Source: an uncultured Cyanobacterium sp.
GTDB lineage: Bacteria > Cyanobacteriota > Cyanobacteriia > Cyanobacteriales > Cyanobacteriaceae
Reading direction: 5' to 3'
Assembly: GCA_964409355.1 (NCBI GenBank)
Contig: CAYPDC010000004.1
Coordinates: 16,335-48,334, forward strand
Length of the DNA stretch: 32,000 nt
Each line of letters opens with the position of its first letter. Position 1 is the stretch's first letter. The notes below the pieces were generated by a model. It was not told where the DNA came from. It saw nothing but the letters and a program-made list of their open reading frames with translations, and searched no databases. Positions 1-10,478 of this stretch are shown here, piece by piece. Both the position numbers and the translations under genes were made by a program.

Positions 1-1802
<1,802 letters not shown>

Positions 1803-1823
1803 TTTTAGCTTAAATGTCGAAAG

Positions 1824-1880
1824 ATGTCCCGCGCTGAATTTGACAAAAAAAAGAAGCTCCTCAAATCAGCGTGCGGACAT
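1824..1880 (+). terminator. Long imperfect hairpin after psbC, candidate psbDC terminator or 3'-end stabiliser
   Basis: ATGTCCCGCGCTGAATTTGA (1824-1843) is largely complementary to TCAAATCAGCGTGCGGACAT (1861-1880). A second small hairpin, CCCTGC-cac-GCAGGG, follows at 1885-1899. No clean U-tract is present, so its function is inferred from position only. Confidence 0.4.
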
Positions 1881-2183
1881 TCTTCCCTGCCACGCAGGGG
1901 GGAAATTTCTGCGGGGAAGGAAAATTTTAAGTAAATATAGACATATATGCCCTAGATTAGACTATTATCTGTGATAATTAAATCAATAAAGGGCGATCGC
2001 ATCTTAAGTGTTTTCAATAGTTTTATAGTTTTATCCCTTGTTTCTCCTCAAGATGGTGTTTGTATTTCTTCTCTACTAGCTTTGATTGTTTCAATTATAA
2101 ATTCCAAGACATTCCGATTTTGATGCAGTTTGTAAGATGTTGACTATCATCTATCGAAATAGAAAACATTGGAGTTGAGGATC

Positions 2184-3026
2184 ATGAATAATATATTAGC
2201 AATTGGTGAGGCACTGTTTGACTTTTTACCCACAAAAAAAGTATTAGGCGGTGCGCCTGTAAATTTTAGTATTAATTATGTCCAATTAGGAAATAAAGTA
2301 ACTTTATTAACCAAAATCGGTGGGGATATTTTAGGAACAGACATAGCTAAAAATTTGCAAATAAGAGGAGTTAATTGTGATTATTTACAGTGGGATGAAG
2401 AAAAAGAAACAGGAAAAGTAATAGTCAAATTGAATAAAAATGGCGAACCCAACTACGAAATCAAAGAAAATGTTGCTTGGGATTACATTGTTTTAGATAA
2501 AAATTTAATCGATAATTTAGACAATTATCAAGCCTTATATTTCGGTACTTTAGCCCAAAGAAATGGAATTACTAGAGCAACAATTAACGCTTTTATCAAT
2601 AAATTTAAAGGGATAAAATTCTTAGATTTAAACCTGCGTAAACCGATAGTTAATCCAGAAATTATTTTACAAAGTATTCATCATACTAACATCTTAAAAA
2701 TAAACTTATCAGAAGCAGAATATTTAATTAATGAGCTAAATTTTGGTGAGAATATTCAAACTTGGTTGGATGATTTTAACTTAGAATTAGTAATTTTAAC
2801 TCAAGGAGAAAAAGGCACAAAATGGATTGATAAAACAGGGGAATACAGTGGGAAAATAGTTAAAGCTAAACCTAATCAAAATGCTGATTCTGTTGGGGCA
2901 GGAGACGCTGTTTCCGCCGTTATTCTCAACGGATATTTACGAGGTTTAAAGCCCATAGAAATCGTCAATCAAGCCAATGAAATAGGTGCTTATATTGCTA
3001 GTATTGAAGGTGCGATCGCACCGTAA
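2184..3026 (+). CDS. PfkB-family carbohydrate kinase (fructokinase-like)
   Basis: The N-terminus NILAIGEALFDFLP...LGGAPVNF and the C-terminal GAGDAVSA motif are typical of ribokinase/PfkB kinases. I prefer the ATG at 2184, which is preceded by GGAGTTGAGG, over the TTG at 2169 used in the track. Confidence 0.8.
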   Translation: MNNILAIGEALFDFLPTKKVLGGAPVNFSINYVQLGNKVTLLTKIGGDILGTDIAKNLQIRGVNCDYLQWDEEKETGKVIVKLNKNGEPNYEIKENVAWDYIVLDKNLIDNLDNYQALYFGTLAQRNGITRATINAFINKFKGIKFLDLNLRKPIVNPEIILQSIHHTNILKINLSEAEYLINELNFGENIQTWLDDFNLELVILTQGEKGTKWIDKTGEYSGKIVKAKPNQNADSVGAGDAVSAVILNGYLRGLKPIEIVNQANEIGAYIASIEGAIAP

Positions 3027-3086
3027 CTTTAAGTTAATTAAAAGGAATTAGTAATTAATATTGAAAATATTACTGTAAAAGAACCA

Positions 3087-3117
3087 AATTCTTAATTCTT
3101 AATTCTTAATTCTTAAT
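3087..3117. repeat. Tandem heptamer array (AATTCTT)x4 plus a partial unit
   Basis: Read directly: aattctt aattctt aattctt aattctt aat. The array abuts and overlaps the pyk stop codon (3113-3115). Confidence 0.9.
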
Positions 3118-4525
3118 CGATAACATGGATTTTCAAAAAATTAGTCCCCTTACTAATACCAGTGGGAATACCCGCCATAATTAAGATGCGATCGCCTCTT
3201 TGCCCTAAATTATGAGTTTTGATAACGGTTTCCACCTGATGAACTAAATCTTCAAAGTCACGGGGTTCTTGATCAATTAAAATAGGTTTTAAACCCCAAA
3301 TAAGATTAAGACGGTGATAAACTTTTTCTTCTACCGTTAAAGCTAACACAGGAGTTTTAGAACGTTCTCCAGCAGCGATCATCGCACTATAACCACTCTT
3401 AGTATAAGCCACAATAAACTTGAGAGATAAAGTTTTATCAATGGCATTCAACGCCTCACTTAAGGCATGGGTTTCATCGTTTAAAGAGGGAGGATTGTTG
3501 GTAAAATTGATATTCGGTTCAACAGTCATAGCTATTTTCGCCATCATCTGCACCGCCTTCACGGGATATAAACCCACAGCCGATTCCCCTGATAACATAA
3601 CCGCATCCGTGCCATCCATAATCGCATTCGCCACATCACTAGCCTCCGCACGGGTGGGACGAGAGTTGCGTATCATACTATCTAACATTTGCGTTGCGGT
3701 AATAACAGGTTTAACTTGTTTATTACATAAAGAAATAATCCGTTTTTGCAACAAAGGCACTTTTTCAGGACTCATTTCTACCCCTAAATCGCCTCTAGCA
3801 ACCATAATGCCATCACATTGGTCTATAATTTCTTCAAGGTTATCAATGGCTTGAGGTTTTTCAATCTTGGCAATAACAGGAGTATCGGCGGCGTTATGTT
3901 GTGCTAAAAATTGTTTTAAAGCGATAATATCTTCCGCTTTACGCACAAAACTGAGAGAAACCCAATCAACTTCTTGAGATAAACCAAATTCTAAATCTTT
4001 TTTATCTTTTTCCGTCAGAGAAGGTAAGCGGAGATTGAGACTAGGTAAATTAACCCCTTTACGACTTTTGAGAATCCCCCCTTCTACCACTTCACAAATC
4101 ACCGCAGGTTTTTCGATCGCAACTATTTTAAACTCTAATAAACCATCGTCAAGAAGAACTTGTGTACCAATTTCCGCTTCATCCGCTAAATGAGGATAAT
4201 CAATGGTAATAGCATTTTCCTCCATACCTTCAAAATTTTCGGGCATAAGAGTTAATCTATCCCCCGGTTTTAGCTCTATTTCTCCTGAAGATAAATTCCC
4301 CACCCTGATTTTTGGTCCTTGTAAATCTTGCAGTAAAGTAATAGGAGTATCTAATTCTTCCGACACCGTCCTTAATAAAGATACCATGTTCGCATGATCT
4401 TCATAACTGCCATGGGAAAAATTTAACCTAGCCACCGTCATTCCCGCCTTTACCATCTGTTTAATGATGTCAGGAGAATTACTAGCAGGTCCAATGGTTG
4501 CCACAATTTTGGTATGATGTTTCAT
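3113..4525 (-). CDS. pyk: Pyruvate kinase
   Basis: 470 aa. [15 protein letters not shown]...ARLNFSHG...[10 protein letters not shown]...TQMLDSM are canonical pyruvate kinase motifs. Confidence 0.95.
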   Translation of the reverse strand: MKHHTKIVATIGPASNSPDIIKQMVKAGMTVARLNFSHGSYEDHANMVSLLRTVSEELDTPITLLQDLQGPKIRVGNLSSGEIELKPGDRLTLMPENFEGMEENAITIDYPHLADEAEIGTQVLLDDGLLEFKIVAIEKPAVICEVVEGGILKSRKGVNLPSLNLRLPSLTEKDKKDLEFGLSQEVDWVSLSFVRKAEDIIALKQFLAQHNAADTPVIAKIEKPQAIDNLEEIIDQCDGIMVARGDLGVEMSPEKVPLLQKRIISLCNKQVKPVITATQMLDSMIRNSRPTRAEASDVANAIMDGTDAVMLSGESAVGLYPVKAVQMMAKIAMTVEPNINFTNNPPSLNDETHALSEALNAIDKTLSLKFIVAYTKSGYSAMIAAGERSKTPVLALTVEEKVYHRLNLIWGLKPILIDQEPRDFEDLVHQVETVIKTHNLGQRGDRILIMAGIPTGISKGTNFLKIHVID

Positions 4526-4614
4526 GATTACCTCAATCTAATTTAATTCTGTTTAATATTCTCAGGATAATTATTTTTTCTCAGAATGAGGTTAGGTAGA
4601 GGTTAACTTGAGAT

Positions 4615-4635
4615 GAGTTCGGAGTTCGGAGTTAA
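4615..4635. repeat. Heptamer tandem repeat GAGTTCG GAGTTCG GAGTTAA
   Basis: Read directly. It is identical as a 21-mer to 10425-10445. Confidence 0.9.
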
Positions 4636-4761
4636 GTAATTCAACGGGAAGAATTAAAAAAGATACTGGAAAATCTCCAAATCTTTTTTATTTATTAAAA
4701 AATGCTAAAAAACTTAGAATATAAGTTAAAATAGCCATATTCAAAGATTAAAAAATAATTA

Positions 4762-5091
4762 ATGAGTCTTGTTTTAGAAAGTGAAGCTCCTCCCCTTAAC
4801 AAAGATAAAACCGGAGCGATTCGAGTTGGAAACTCTAGAGTTTTGTTAGAAATTGTAATTCGAGCCTTTATTGATGGTGCATCTCCTGAGTCCATTGTTA
4901 ATCGATATTCAACTCTTTCACTGTCAGATGTTTACACCAGCATTGGTTATTATCTTCGACATCGCACTGCTGTGGAAGCATATTTAAGTGAGCGTGAGCA
5001 ATTAGCGGAATCTGTTCAGAAACGTTTAGGAGATATTCAACCAGATACCAATCTGATTCGTTCTCGTTTGCTATCTCAAAGAAAACCATAG
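4762..5091 (+). CDS. DUF433-like small protein (putative antitoxin / DNA-binding partner)
   Basis: 109 aa. The pattern IRVGNSRVLLEIVIRAFIDGASPESIVNRYSTLSLSDVYTSIGYYLRH resembles the longer DUF433 proteins that precede DUF5615 genes in cyanobacteria. An 8-nt gap separates it from the next gene. Confidence 0.65.
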   Translation: MSLVLESEAPPLNKDKTGAIRVGNSRVLLEIVIRAFIDGASPESIVNRYSTLSLSDVYTSIGYYLRHRTAVEAYLSEREQLAESVQKRLGDIQPDTNLIRSRLLSQRKP

Positions 5092-5099
5092 CAAAAGTC

Positions 5100-5450
5100 A
5101 TGTTGAAATTATTAAGTGATGAAAATTTTAATGGTGATATTGTCAGAGGTTTGTTTCTACAACAACCGAATCTGGATTTAATTAGAGTTCAAGATGTTAA
5201 TCTTCAAGGAGAAAAAGATCCCCTAATCTTAGATTGGGCAACAAATCATGGACGAATTCTCTTAACACATGATCGTGCTACTATGCCTGATTTTGCTTAT
5301 CAAAAATTAATTCGGGGGGAAGAAATGGCAGGATTATTTGTCGTTAATGATCGAATATCAACTCGCCAAGCAATTGATGAACTACTCTTACTGATAGATT
5401 GTAGTGAACAAGCCGAATGGAAAGGAATTGTACTCTATCTACCTCTTTGA
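5100..5450 (+). CDS. DUF5615-like (PIN/Mut7-C-like) protein, putative toxin partner
   Basis: 116 aa. The N-terminus MLKLLSDENFNGDIVRGL...ILLTHD resembles the DUF5615 family. It is tightly coupled to the upstream DUF433-like gene. Confidence 0.6.
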   Translation: MLKLLSDENFNGDIVRGLFLQQPNLDLIRVQDVNLQGEKDPLILDWATNHGRILLTHDRATMPDFAYQKLIRGEEMAGLFVVNDRISTRQAIDELLLLIDCSEQAEWKGIVLYLPL

Positions 5451-5589
5451 AACTCTCTCTTTAGCATACTAACTCATGAAGAACCTTAAAATTTAAAGAT
5501 ACTGAGGTTAATTTGACACTTAACTTAAGCTAAAATAGTGATTTACAGAATATAAGGCAGAATCGATTTTCTGAAAATTAAACAAAATA

Positions 5590-6768
5590 ATGCTTAATCC
5601 GAATTTAGAAGCCATAGAACTGAATAAAGAAGAGTATGAACGGTATGCCCGACATATTATTTTGCCTGAAGTGGGTTTAGAAGGGCAAAAACGTCTGAAA
5701 GCCGCTAGTGTACTCTGTGTTGGTACAGGGGGATTAGGTTCACCCCTAATTCTTTACTTAGCCGCCTCTGGTATTGGTAGAATCGGGATTGTGGATTTCG
5801 ATGTGGTGGACGCTTCCAACCTTCAAAGACAAATTATTCATGGTACTTCATGGATTGGAAAACCCAAGATTGAATCAGCAAAACATCGTATTTTAGAAAT
5901 AAATCCTTCTTGTCAAGTGGATTTATATGAAACTCGTTTGAGTTCAGAAAATGCACTTTCTATCCTAGAACCTTATGACATTGTTATTGATGGGACGGAT
6001 AATTTTCCTACCCGTTATCTCGTTAATGATGCTTGTGTATTATTAAATAAACCCAATGTTTACGGTTCAATTTTCCGTTTTGAAGGACAAGCAACGGTAT
6101 TTAACTATGAAGGAGGACCGAACTATCGTGACTTATATCCCGAACCTCCACCACCAGGGATGGTACCTTCTTGTGCAGAAGGAGGAGTTTTAGGAGTTCT
6201 CCCCGGTATCATTGGTACAATTCAGGCGACAGAAGCCATTAAAATTATTTTAGGGGCGGATAATACCCTTAATGGTCGATTACTGTTGTTTAATGCTTGG
6301 GATATGAAATTTAGGGAGTTGAAATTACGTCCTAATCCCATACGCCCTGTCATTGAAAAATTAGTTGATTATGAGGAGTTTTGTGGTATTCCTCAAGCCC
6401 AAGCCGAGTCACAAAAAGCTCAACAAGAACTCGAAGAAATTACAGTTCAAGAGTTAAAATTCTTATTAGACTCTCATCCCCATGACTATGTTTTAATTGA
6501 TGTTCGCAATCCCAATGAACACGAAATCGCTCGTATTCCGGGATCTGTTTTAATTCCTTTGTCGGACATTGAAAGCGGTGAGGGAGTGCAAAAAATTAGA
6601 GAATTAGTGGATGTTAGTGGTCATCGTCTGATTGCTCATTGTAAGATGGGAGGACGCTCCAGTAAAGCATTACAAATCCTCAAGGAAGCAGGTATCGAGG
6701 GAATTAATGTTAAGGGGGGTATTTTGGCTTGGAGTCAAGAAGTTGATCCTTCTACTCCCACTTATTAG
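5590..6768 (+). CDS. moeB: Molybdopterin-synthase adenylyltransferase / sulfurtransferase (MoeB-ThiF fold with C-terminal rhodanese)
   Basis: It carries the YARHIILPEVGLEGQKRL and GTGGLGSP nucleotide-binding motifs, the NLQRQ motif, the SCAEGGVLG catalytic Cys region, and a C-terminal rhodanese with HCKMGGRS. Confidence 0.88.
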   Translation: MLNPNLEAIELNKEEYERYARHIILPEVGLEGQKRLKAASVLCVGTGGLGSPLILYLAASGIGRIGIVDFDVVDASNLQRQIIHGTSWIGKPKIESAKHRILEINPSCQVDLYETRLSSENALSILEPYDIVIDGTDNFPTRYLVNDACVLLNKPNVYGSIFRFEGQATVFNYEGGPNYRDLYPEPPPPGMVPSCAEGGVLGVLPGIIGTIQATEAIKIILGADNTLNGRLLLFNAWDMKFRELKLRPNPIRPVIEKLVDYEEFCGIPQAQAESQKAQQELEEITVQELKFLLDSHPHDYVLIDVRNPNEHEIARIPGSVLIPLSDIESGEGVQKIRELVDVSGHRLIAHCKMGGRSSKALQILKEAGIEGINVKGGILAWSQEVDPSTPTY

Positions 6769-6811
6769 GAGTTAGCGTCATTAGGAATAAGAGATGTAAT
6801 AAGTAATGTAG

Positions 6812-6832
6812 GGGCTTAATATTATTAAGCCC
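6812..6832 (+). terminator. Perfect hairpin GGGCTTAAT-att-ATTAAGCCC downstream of moeB
   Basis: Read directly: a 9-bp perfect stem with a 3-nt loop, 44 nt after the moeB stop. There is no U-tract, so the terminator role is inferred. Confidence 0.4.
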
Positions 6833-7024
6833 ACTTACCGACTTAACTTATCTAAAATCGAAGTATGAATTTAGACAAATAAAAAACATCCGATAGGATT
6901 GGACTATTAATCAACAAAGAAGGTTATTAATTATGAGTTTGAGAGCAATAGAGTAGTCATGCAAAATTCTGAAGTCTAAATTTTTCTATCTTTTATTCCC
7001 TCACTAAGTATAGTATCAAAGAAA

Positions 7025-9079
7025 ATGCCTAACATCTTAGGTCGTAAATCTCAAACAATTATATCTATATCCATAGGATGGGTAATGACGATTGTTAGTA
7101 TCATTACTTTTCGTGTGTTGGTAGAATATAATCATCAACAGGTGGAAAATTTAGTGCAAACCCAGCTAGTTTCTCTACGGCAAAAAACAGAAACGGAGTT
7201 AAATAACAGAATTTTAGCGTTGGAAAGAATGCAACAACGGTGGGAAATAGAAAAAGGCACACCCCAATTAAAATGGGAAAAAGATGCCCTTCAATATATG
7301 CAAGATTATACTGGTTATCAGTCGATTCAATGGGTTAATTCCGACTATTATATCACTTGGTTAGTGCCAGAAAAAGGGAATGAGGATGTTAAAAATCTCT
7401 ATATCAAGTTTGAGGGTAAACGAAAAAGTGCGATCGAAACTGCTATTATTAAGGGCGAAACTTATATTAGTCCTGTAGTTGATTTAATTCAAGGAGCTAA
7501 AGGCTTTATTGTTTATACTCCCCTTTTGATTGATGAAGGAGAAAATCAACCTCCTCGCTTTAATGGTTTTATCACTACGGTTTTTAAATTAAATAGCTTC
7601 CTCTATCATATTTTTCGTCAAGAGGTATGGAAAGGTTATCAAGTTTTCATTTATCAAGATTCTCAGTTAATTTATAGTAGCACTTATGCACCTCCAAAAG
7701 ACAATCTAAAATGGCTACAATCCACGGATTTACAGTATCGAGGCATTAACTGGCAAATCAAAATTATTCCTAATGCTTCTTTTCTGAGAAAATATCGATC
7801 GATTCTTCCTCAAATCGTGTTAATTATAGGTTTAATCTTATCTGTGTTATTAGCATGGAGTGTTTATCTCTTATTCGAGTTTAAACGACGGAATCAATTA
7901 TTAACGAAAGCAAAACAAGAAGCAGAAACCGCCAATATTGCGAAAAGTCAGTTTCTAGCTATGATTAGTCACGAAATTCGCACTCCCATGAATGGTATTC
8001 TAGGGATGGTTAATTTACTTCAAGATACTCCATTAAATTCTACTCAACAAGAATTTCTCAACACCATTCGACAAGGGGGAGAAAGTTTACTGGCAATTAT
8101 TAATGATATTCTCAATTTCTCTAAAATTGAGTCTGATAAATTACAGCTAGAAATCAAATCTTTTTCCCTCAGAGATTGCCTTCAAGGCATAATCGATTTA
8201 TTGCAATTTCAAGCTAAAGAAAAGAATCTACAATTTACTTATCATGTTGATGATTATATTCCTGATTATTTTTTCGGGGATATTATTCGTTTAAGGCAAA
8301 TTCTCCTGAATCTGACATCTAATGCTTTAAAATTTACCCATGAAGGGGGAGTTAAAATTGTTGTTATGGGGGAAAAAATTTCCCTTGAAAATAAATCCCT
8401 CGCTTATCAGCTTTTATTCCTTGTGGAAGATACTGGTATTGGTATTCCTGAAAAGATGCGATCGCAACTCTTTCAACCATTTTCCCAATTAGATGCCTCT
8501 ATTAGTCGCAAATATGGTGGCACTGGTTTAGGATTAGTCATAAGTAAAGGTTTAGTGGAAATAATGGGAGGAAAAATTTGGTTAGAAAGTAAAGAAAATT
8601 TTGGTTCTCGTTTTTATTTTACCCTAGTTTTAGCTGTGGATAACAACCCAAACACACCCCCTATTTCTTCTCATCTTCCTGTCACTATTTCCCCTTCCCT
8701 TTCTTCTCTCAAAATTCTGATAGTGGAAGATAATCTGGTTAATCAAAAAGTGATGTCACTAACCCTCAAAAAATTAGGCTATCAAGCAGATATTGCCAAT
8801 AATGGTTTAGAGGCGATTAAAATTTTGTCAGAAAAAGATTATCAGTTAATCTTGATGGATATGCAAATGCCAGAAATGGATGGAATTGCTACCACTTCAT
8901 GGATAAGGGAAAATCTCCCCCAAGAAAGACAACCCTATATCATCGCCGTTACTGCCAATGCCCTAGAGGGCGATCGCACTTCGTGTTTAGATGCAGGAAT
9001 GGATGATTATATGAGTAAACCGATTAATTTGCCATTACTTAAAGAAAAATTGCAAAACATTACAAATATCAATCACTAA
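7025..9079 (+). CDS. Hybrid sensor histidine kinase (TM - extracytoplasmic sensor - TM - HisKA - HATPase - receiver)
   Basis: It has the H-box SHEIRTPMNG, the N/G boxes LTSNALKFT and DTGIGI...GGTGLGL, and a C-terminal receiver (ILIVEDN...LILMDMQMPEMDG...K). Two hydrophobic segments flank a roughly 230-aa N-terminal domain that looks CHASE-like, though that domain call is tentative. Confidence 0.85.
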   Translation: MPNILGRKSQTIISISIGWVMTIVSIITFRVLVEYNHQQVENLVQTQLVSLRQKTETELNNRILALERMQQRWEIEKGTPQLKWEKDALQYMQDYTGYQSIQWVNSDYYITWLVPEKGNEDVKNLYIKFEGKRKSAIETAIIKGETYISPVVDLIQGAKGFIVYTPLLIDEGENQPPRFNGFITTVFKLNSFLYHIFRQEVWKGYQVFIYQDSQLIYSSTYAPPKDNLKWLQSTDLQYRGINWQIKIIPNASFLRKYRSILPQIVLIIGLILSVLLAWSVYLLFEFKRRNQLLTKAKQEAETANIAKSQFLAMISHEIRTPMNGILGMVNLLQDTPLNSTQQEFLNTIRQGGESLLAIINDILNFSKIESDKLQLEIKSFSLRDCLQGIIDLLQFQAKEKNLQFTYHVDDYIPDYFFGDIIRLRQILLNLTSNALKFTHEGGVKIVVMGEKISLENKSLAYQLLFLVEDTGIGIPEKMRSQLFQPFSQLDASISRKYGGTGLGLVISKGLVEIMGGKIWLESKENFGSRFYFTLVLAVDNNPNTPPISSHLPVTISPSLSSLKILIVEDNLVNQKVMSLTLKKLGYQADIANNGLEAIKILSEKDYQLILMDMQMPEMDGIATTSWIRENLPQERQPYIIAVTANALEGDRTSCLDAGMDDYMSKPINLPLLKEKLQNITNINH

Positions 9080-9195
9080 TTTCGGCAAGGGTATTATTAA
9101 TCACCGTTGGCTCAACTCCCCGACGTCTCAAACTATCAATTAATCTCAAAATATGAGTTTGACAAAAAAGAGGATATATAGTATTTTAAAGGACT

Positions 9196-10416
9196 GTGTC
9201 AAAAATAAAAGACTCATTAAAAACCGTGAAAATCGTCTGCTCTCAAGTTGATCTCAAAAATAATTTAGCATTAGTTAGTCGGGCTGTACCAAGTCGCCCG
9301 ACTCATCCCATTTTAGCCAATGTGTTATTAGTGGCTAATCAAAGCAAAAATCAAGTCACCCTCACAGGCTTTGATTTAAGTTTAGGGATGCGCAGTTGTT
9401 TCTCTGCTGAAGTAGAAGAAGAAGGAGTTATCACTTTACCAGCAAAATTATTAAATGATATTATCGCTCGTTTACCGGAAGGAGAAGTAACTATTTCCTA
9501 TGAAGAGGATGAAATAGACGAGAATCCCCTTGTTAGTATTAACTCCCTTTCAGGCAAATTCCAATTAAGAGGGGTTAAAGGGGAAGAATATCCCGAATTA
9601 CCAGAAGTAGAGAGAGAAAAAGCCTTTTTATTACCCGTAACCGCCTTAAATGAAGGTTTAAAAGGCTCATTATTTGCCGCCAGTAGTGATGAAAGCAAAC
9701 AGATATTAACAGGGGTACATTTAACCCGTAACCTTGAAAGTCTTGAATTTGCCGCTACTGACGGGCATCGTTTAGCAGTGGTTAAAACCAGTGCGGTGGA
9801 AGAAGATACAGAAGATACAGAGGAGGGAGAAATAACCGAAAAACTCCCCGTAACTGAAGAACAAAATTTCACCATTACCATTCCCGCCCGCGCTTTAAGG
9901 GAATTGGAAAAAATCCTCTCTATGGCAAAAGAAGGGGAATTCATTGCTTTATATGTGGATGAAACGCAAGTCGTATTTGAATTAGGACAACAAAACCTCA
10001 CCAGTCGTAAGTTAGATGGTGCTTATCCTAATTATAATCAGTTGATTCCTAATCATTTTGAGCGTACCATGATTGTCGATCGCAAACGCATGATTGAGAG
10101 TTTAGAGAGGGTATCAGTGTTAAGTGATCAAAAGAATAATCTTGTTAAATTTAACTTAGATTCGGATAATGAAAAAGTAACATTGTCCGTAGAAGCAAAG
10201 GAATTAGGTAACGCTAAAGAATCCATCAACGCCGAAATTAGTGGCGAAAACTTTGAAATAGGCTTCAACATTCGTTATTTAATGGATGGTTTAAAAGCGT
10301 TATCCGCCAATGAAATCAAATTTCAATTAAATGGTGCAACTCAACCAGTTATTGCAACCCCTCTGAGTGGTTTACAGATGACTTATTTAATTATGCCCGT
10401 GCAAATTAGAGACTAG
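9196..10416 (+). CDS. dnaN: DNA polymerase III beta sliding clamp
   Basis: KIVCSQVDLKNNLALVSRAVPSRPTHPILANVLL...ATDGHRLAV...YPNY...MPVQIR is typical DnaN. The track start is GTG 9196. An in-frame GTG at 9226 (VKIVCSQ...) would fit homolog N-termini better. Confidence 0.93.
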   Translation: MSKIKDSLKTVKIVCSQVDLKNNLALVSRAVPSRPTHPILANVLLVANQSKNQVTLTGFDLSLGMRSCFSAEVEEEGVITLPAKLLNDIIARLPEGEVTISYEEDEIDENPLVSINSLSGKFQLRGVKGEEYPELPEVEREKAFLLPVTALNEGLKGSLFAASSDESKQILTGVHLTRNLESLEFAATDGHRLAVVKTSAVEEDTEDTEEGEITEKLPVTEEQNFTITIPARALRELEKILSMAKEGEFIALYVDETQVVFELGQQNLTSRKLDGAYPNYNQLIPNHFERTMIVDRKRMIESLERVSVLSDQKNNLVKFNLDSDNEKVTLSVEAKELGNAKESINAEISGENFEIGFNIRYLMDGLKALSANEIKFQLNGATQPVIATPLSGLQMTYLIMPVQIRD

Positions 10417-10424
10417 AAGGAGTA

Positions 10425-10445
10425 GAGTTCGGAGTTCGGAGTTAA
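10425..10445. repeat. Heptamer tandem repeat GAGTTCG GAGTTCG GAGTTAA
   Basis: Read directly, 8 nt after the dnaN stop. It is identical to 4615-4635. Confidence 0.9.
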
Positions 10446-10478
10446 ACTTGATAGGTATTGAGAAAAAAACTAGATAAA

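Noticed and set aside
3087-3117. Heptamer arrays as a possible CRISPR or minisatellite locus
   Set aside because: The units are 7 nt with no spacers and the arrays are at most 31 nt. No cas genes are present. This is not a CRISPR architecture.
3420-4397. Track ORFs 3420..3854 and 4203..4397 on the plus strand
   Set aside because: They are entirely antisense to the clearly real pyruvate kinase gene, and their composition is the mirror image of pyk codons. They have no SD sequence and no recognisable motifs.
4695-5101. Minus-strand ORFs 4695..4895 and 4898..5101
   Set aside because: They are antisense to the DUF433-like gene and its AT-rich upstream spacer, with no ribosome-binding site and no family resemblance.
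9080-9195. Possible oriC upstream of dnaN
   Set aside because: The spacer is only about 115 bp, and I found no TT(A/T)TCCACA DnaA boxes in it or in the region after dnaN. The single TTTTCCACA in the window (25672-25680, upstream of rpmF) is isolated and consistent with chance.
9498-10001. 167-aa minus-strand ORF inside dnaN
   Set aside because: It is antisense to dnaN and its serine-rich product reflects the E/T-rich clamp linker on the other strand.
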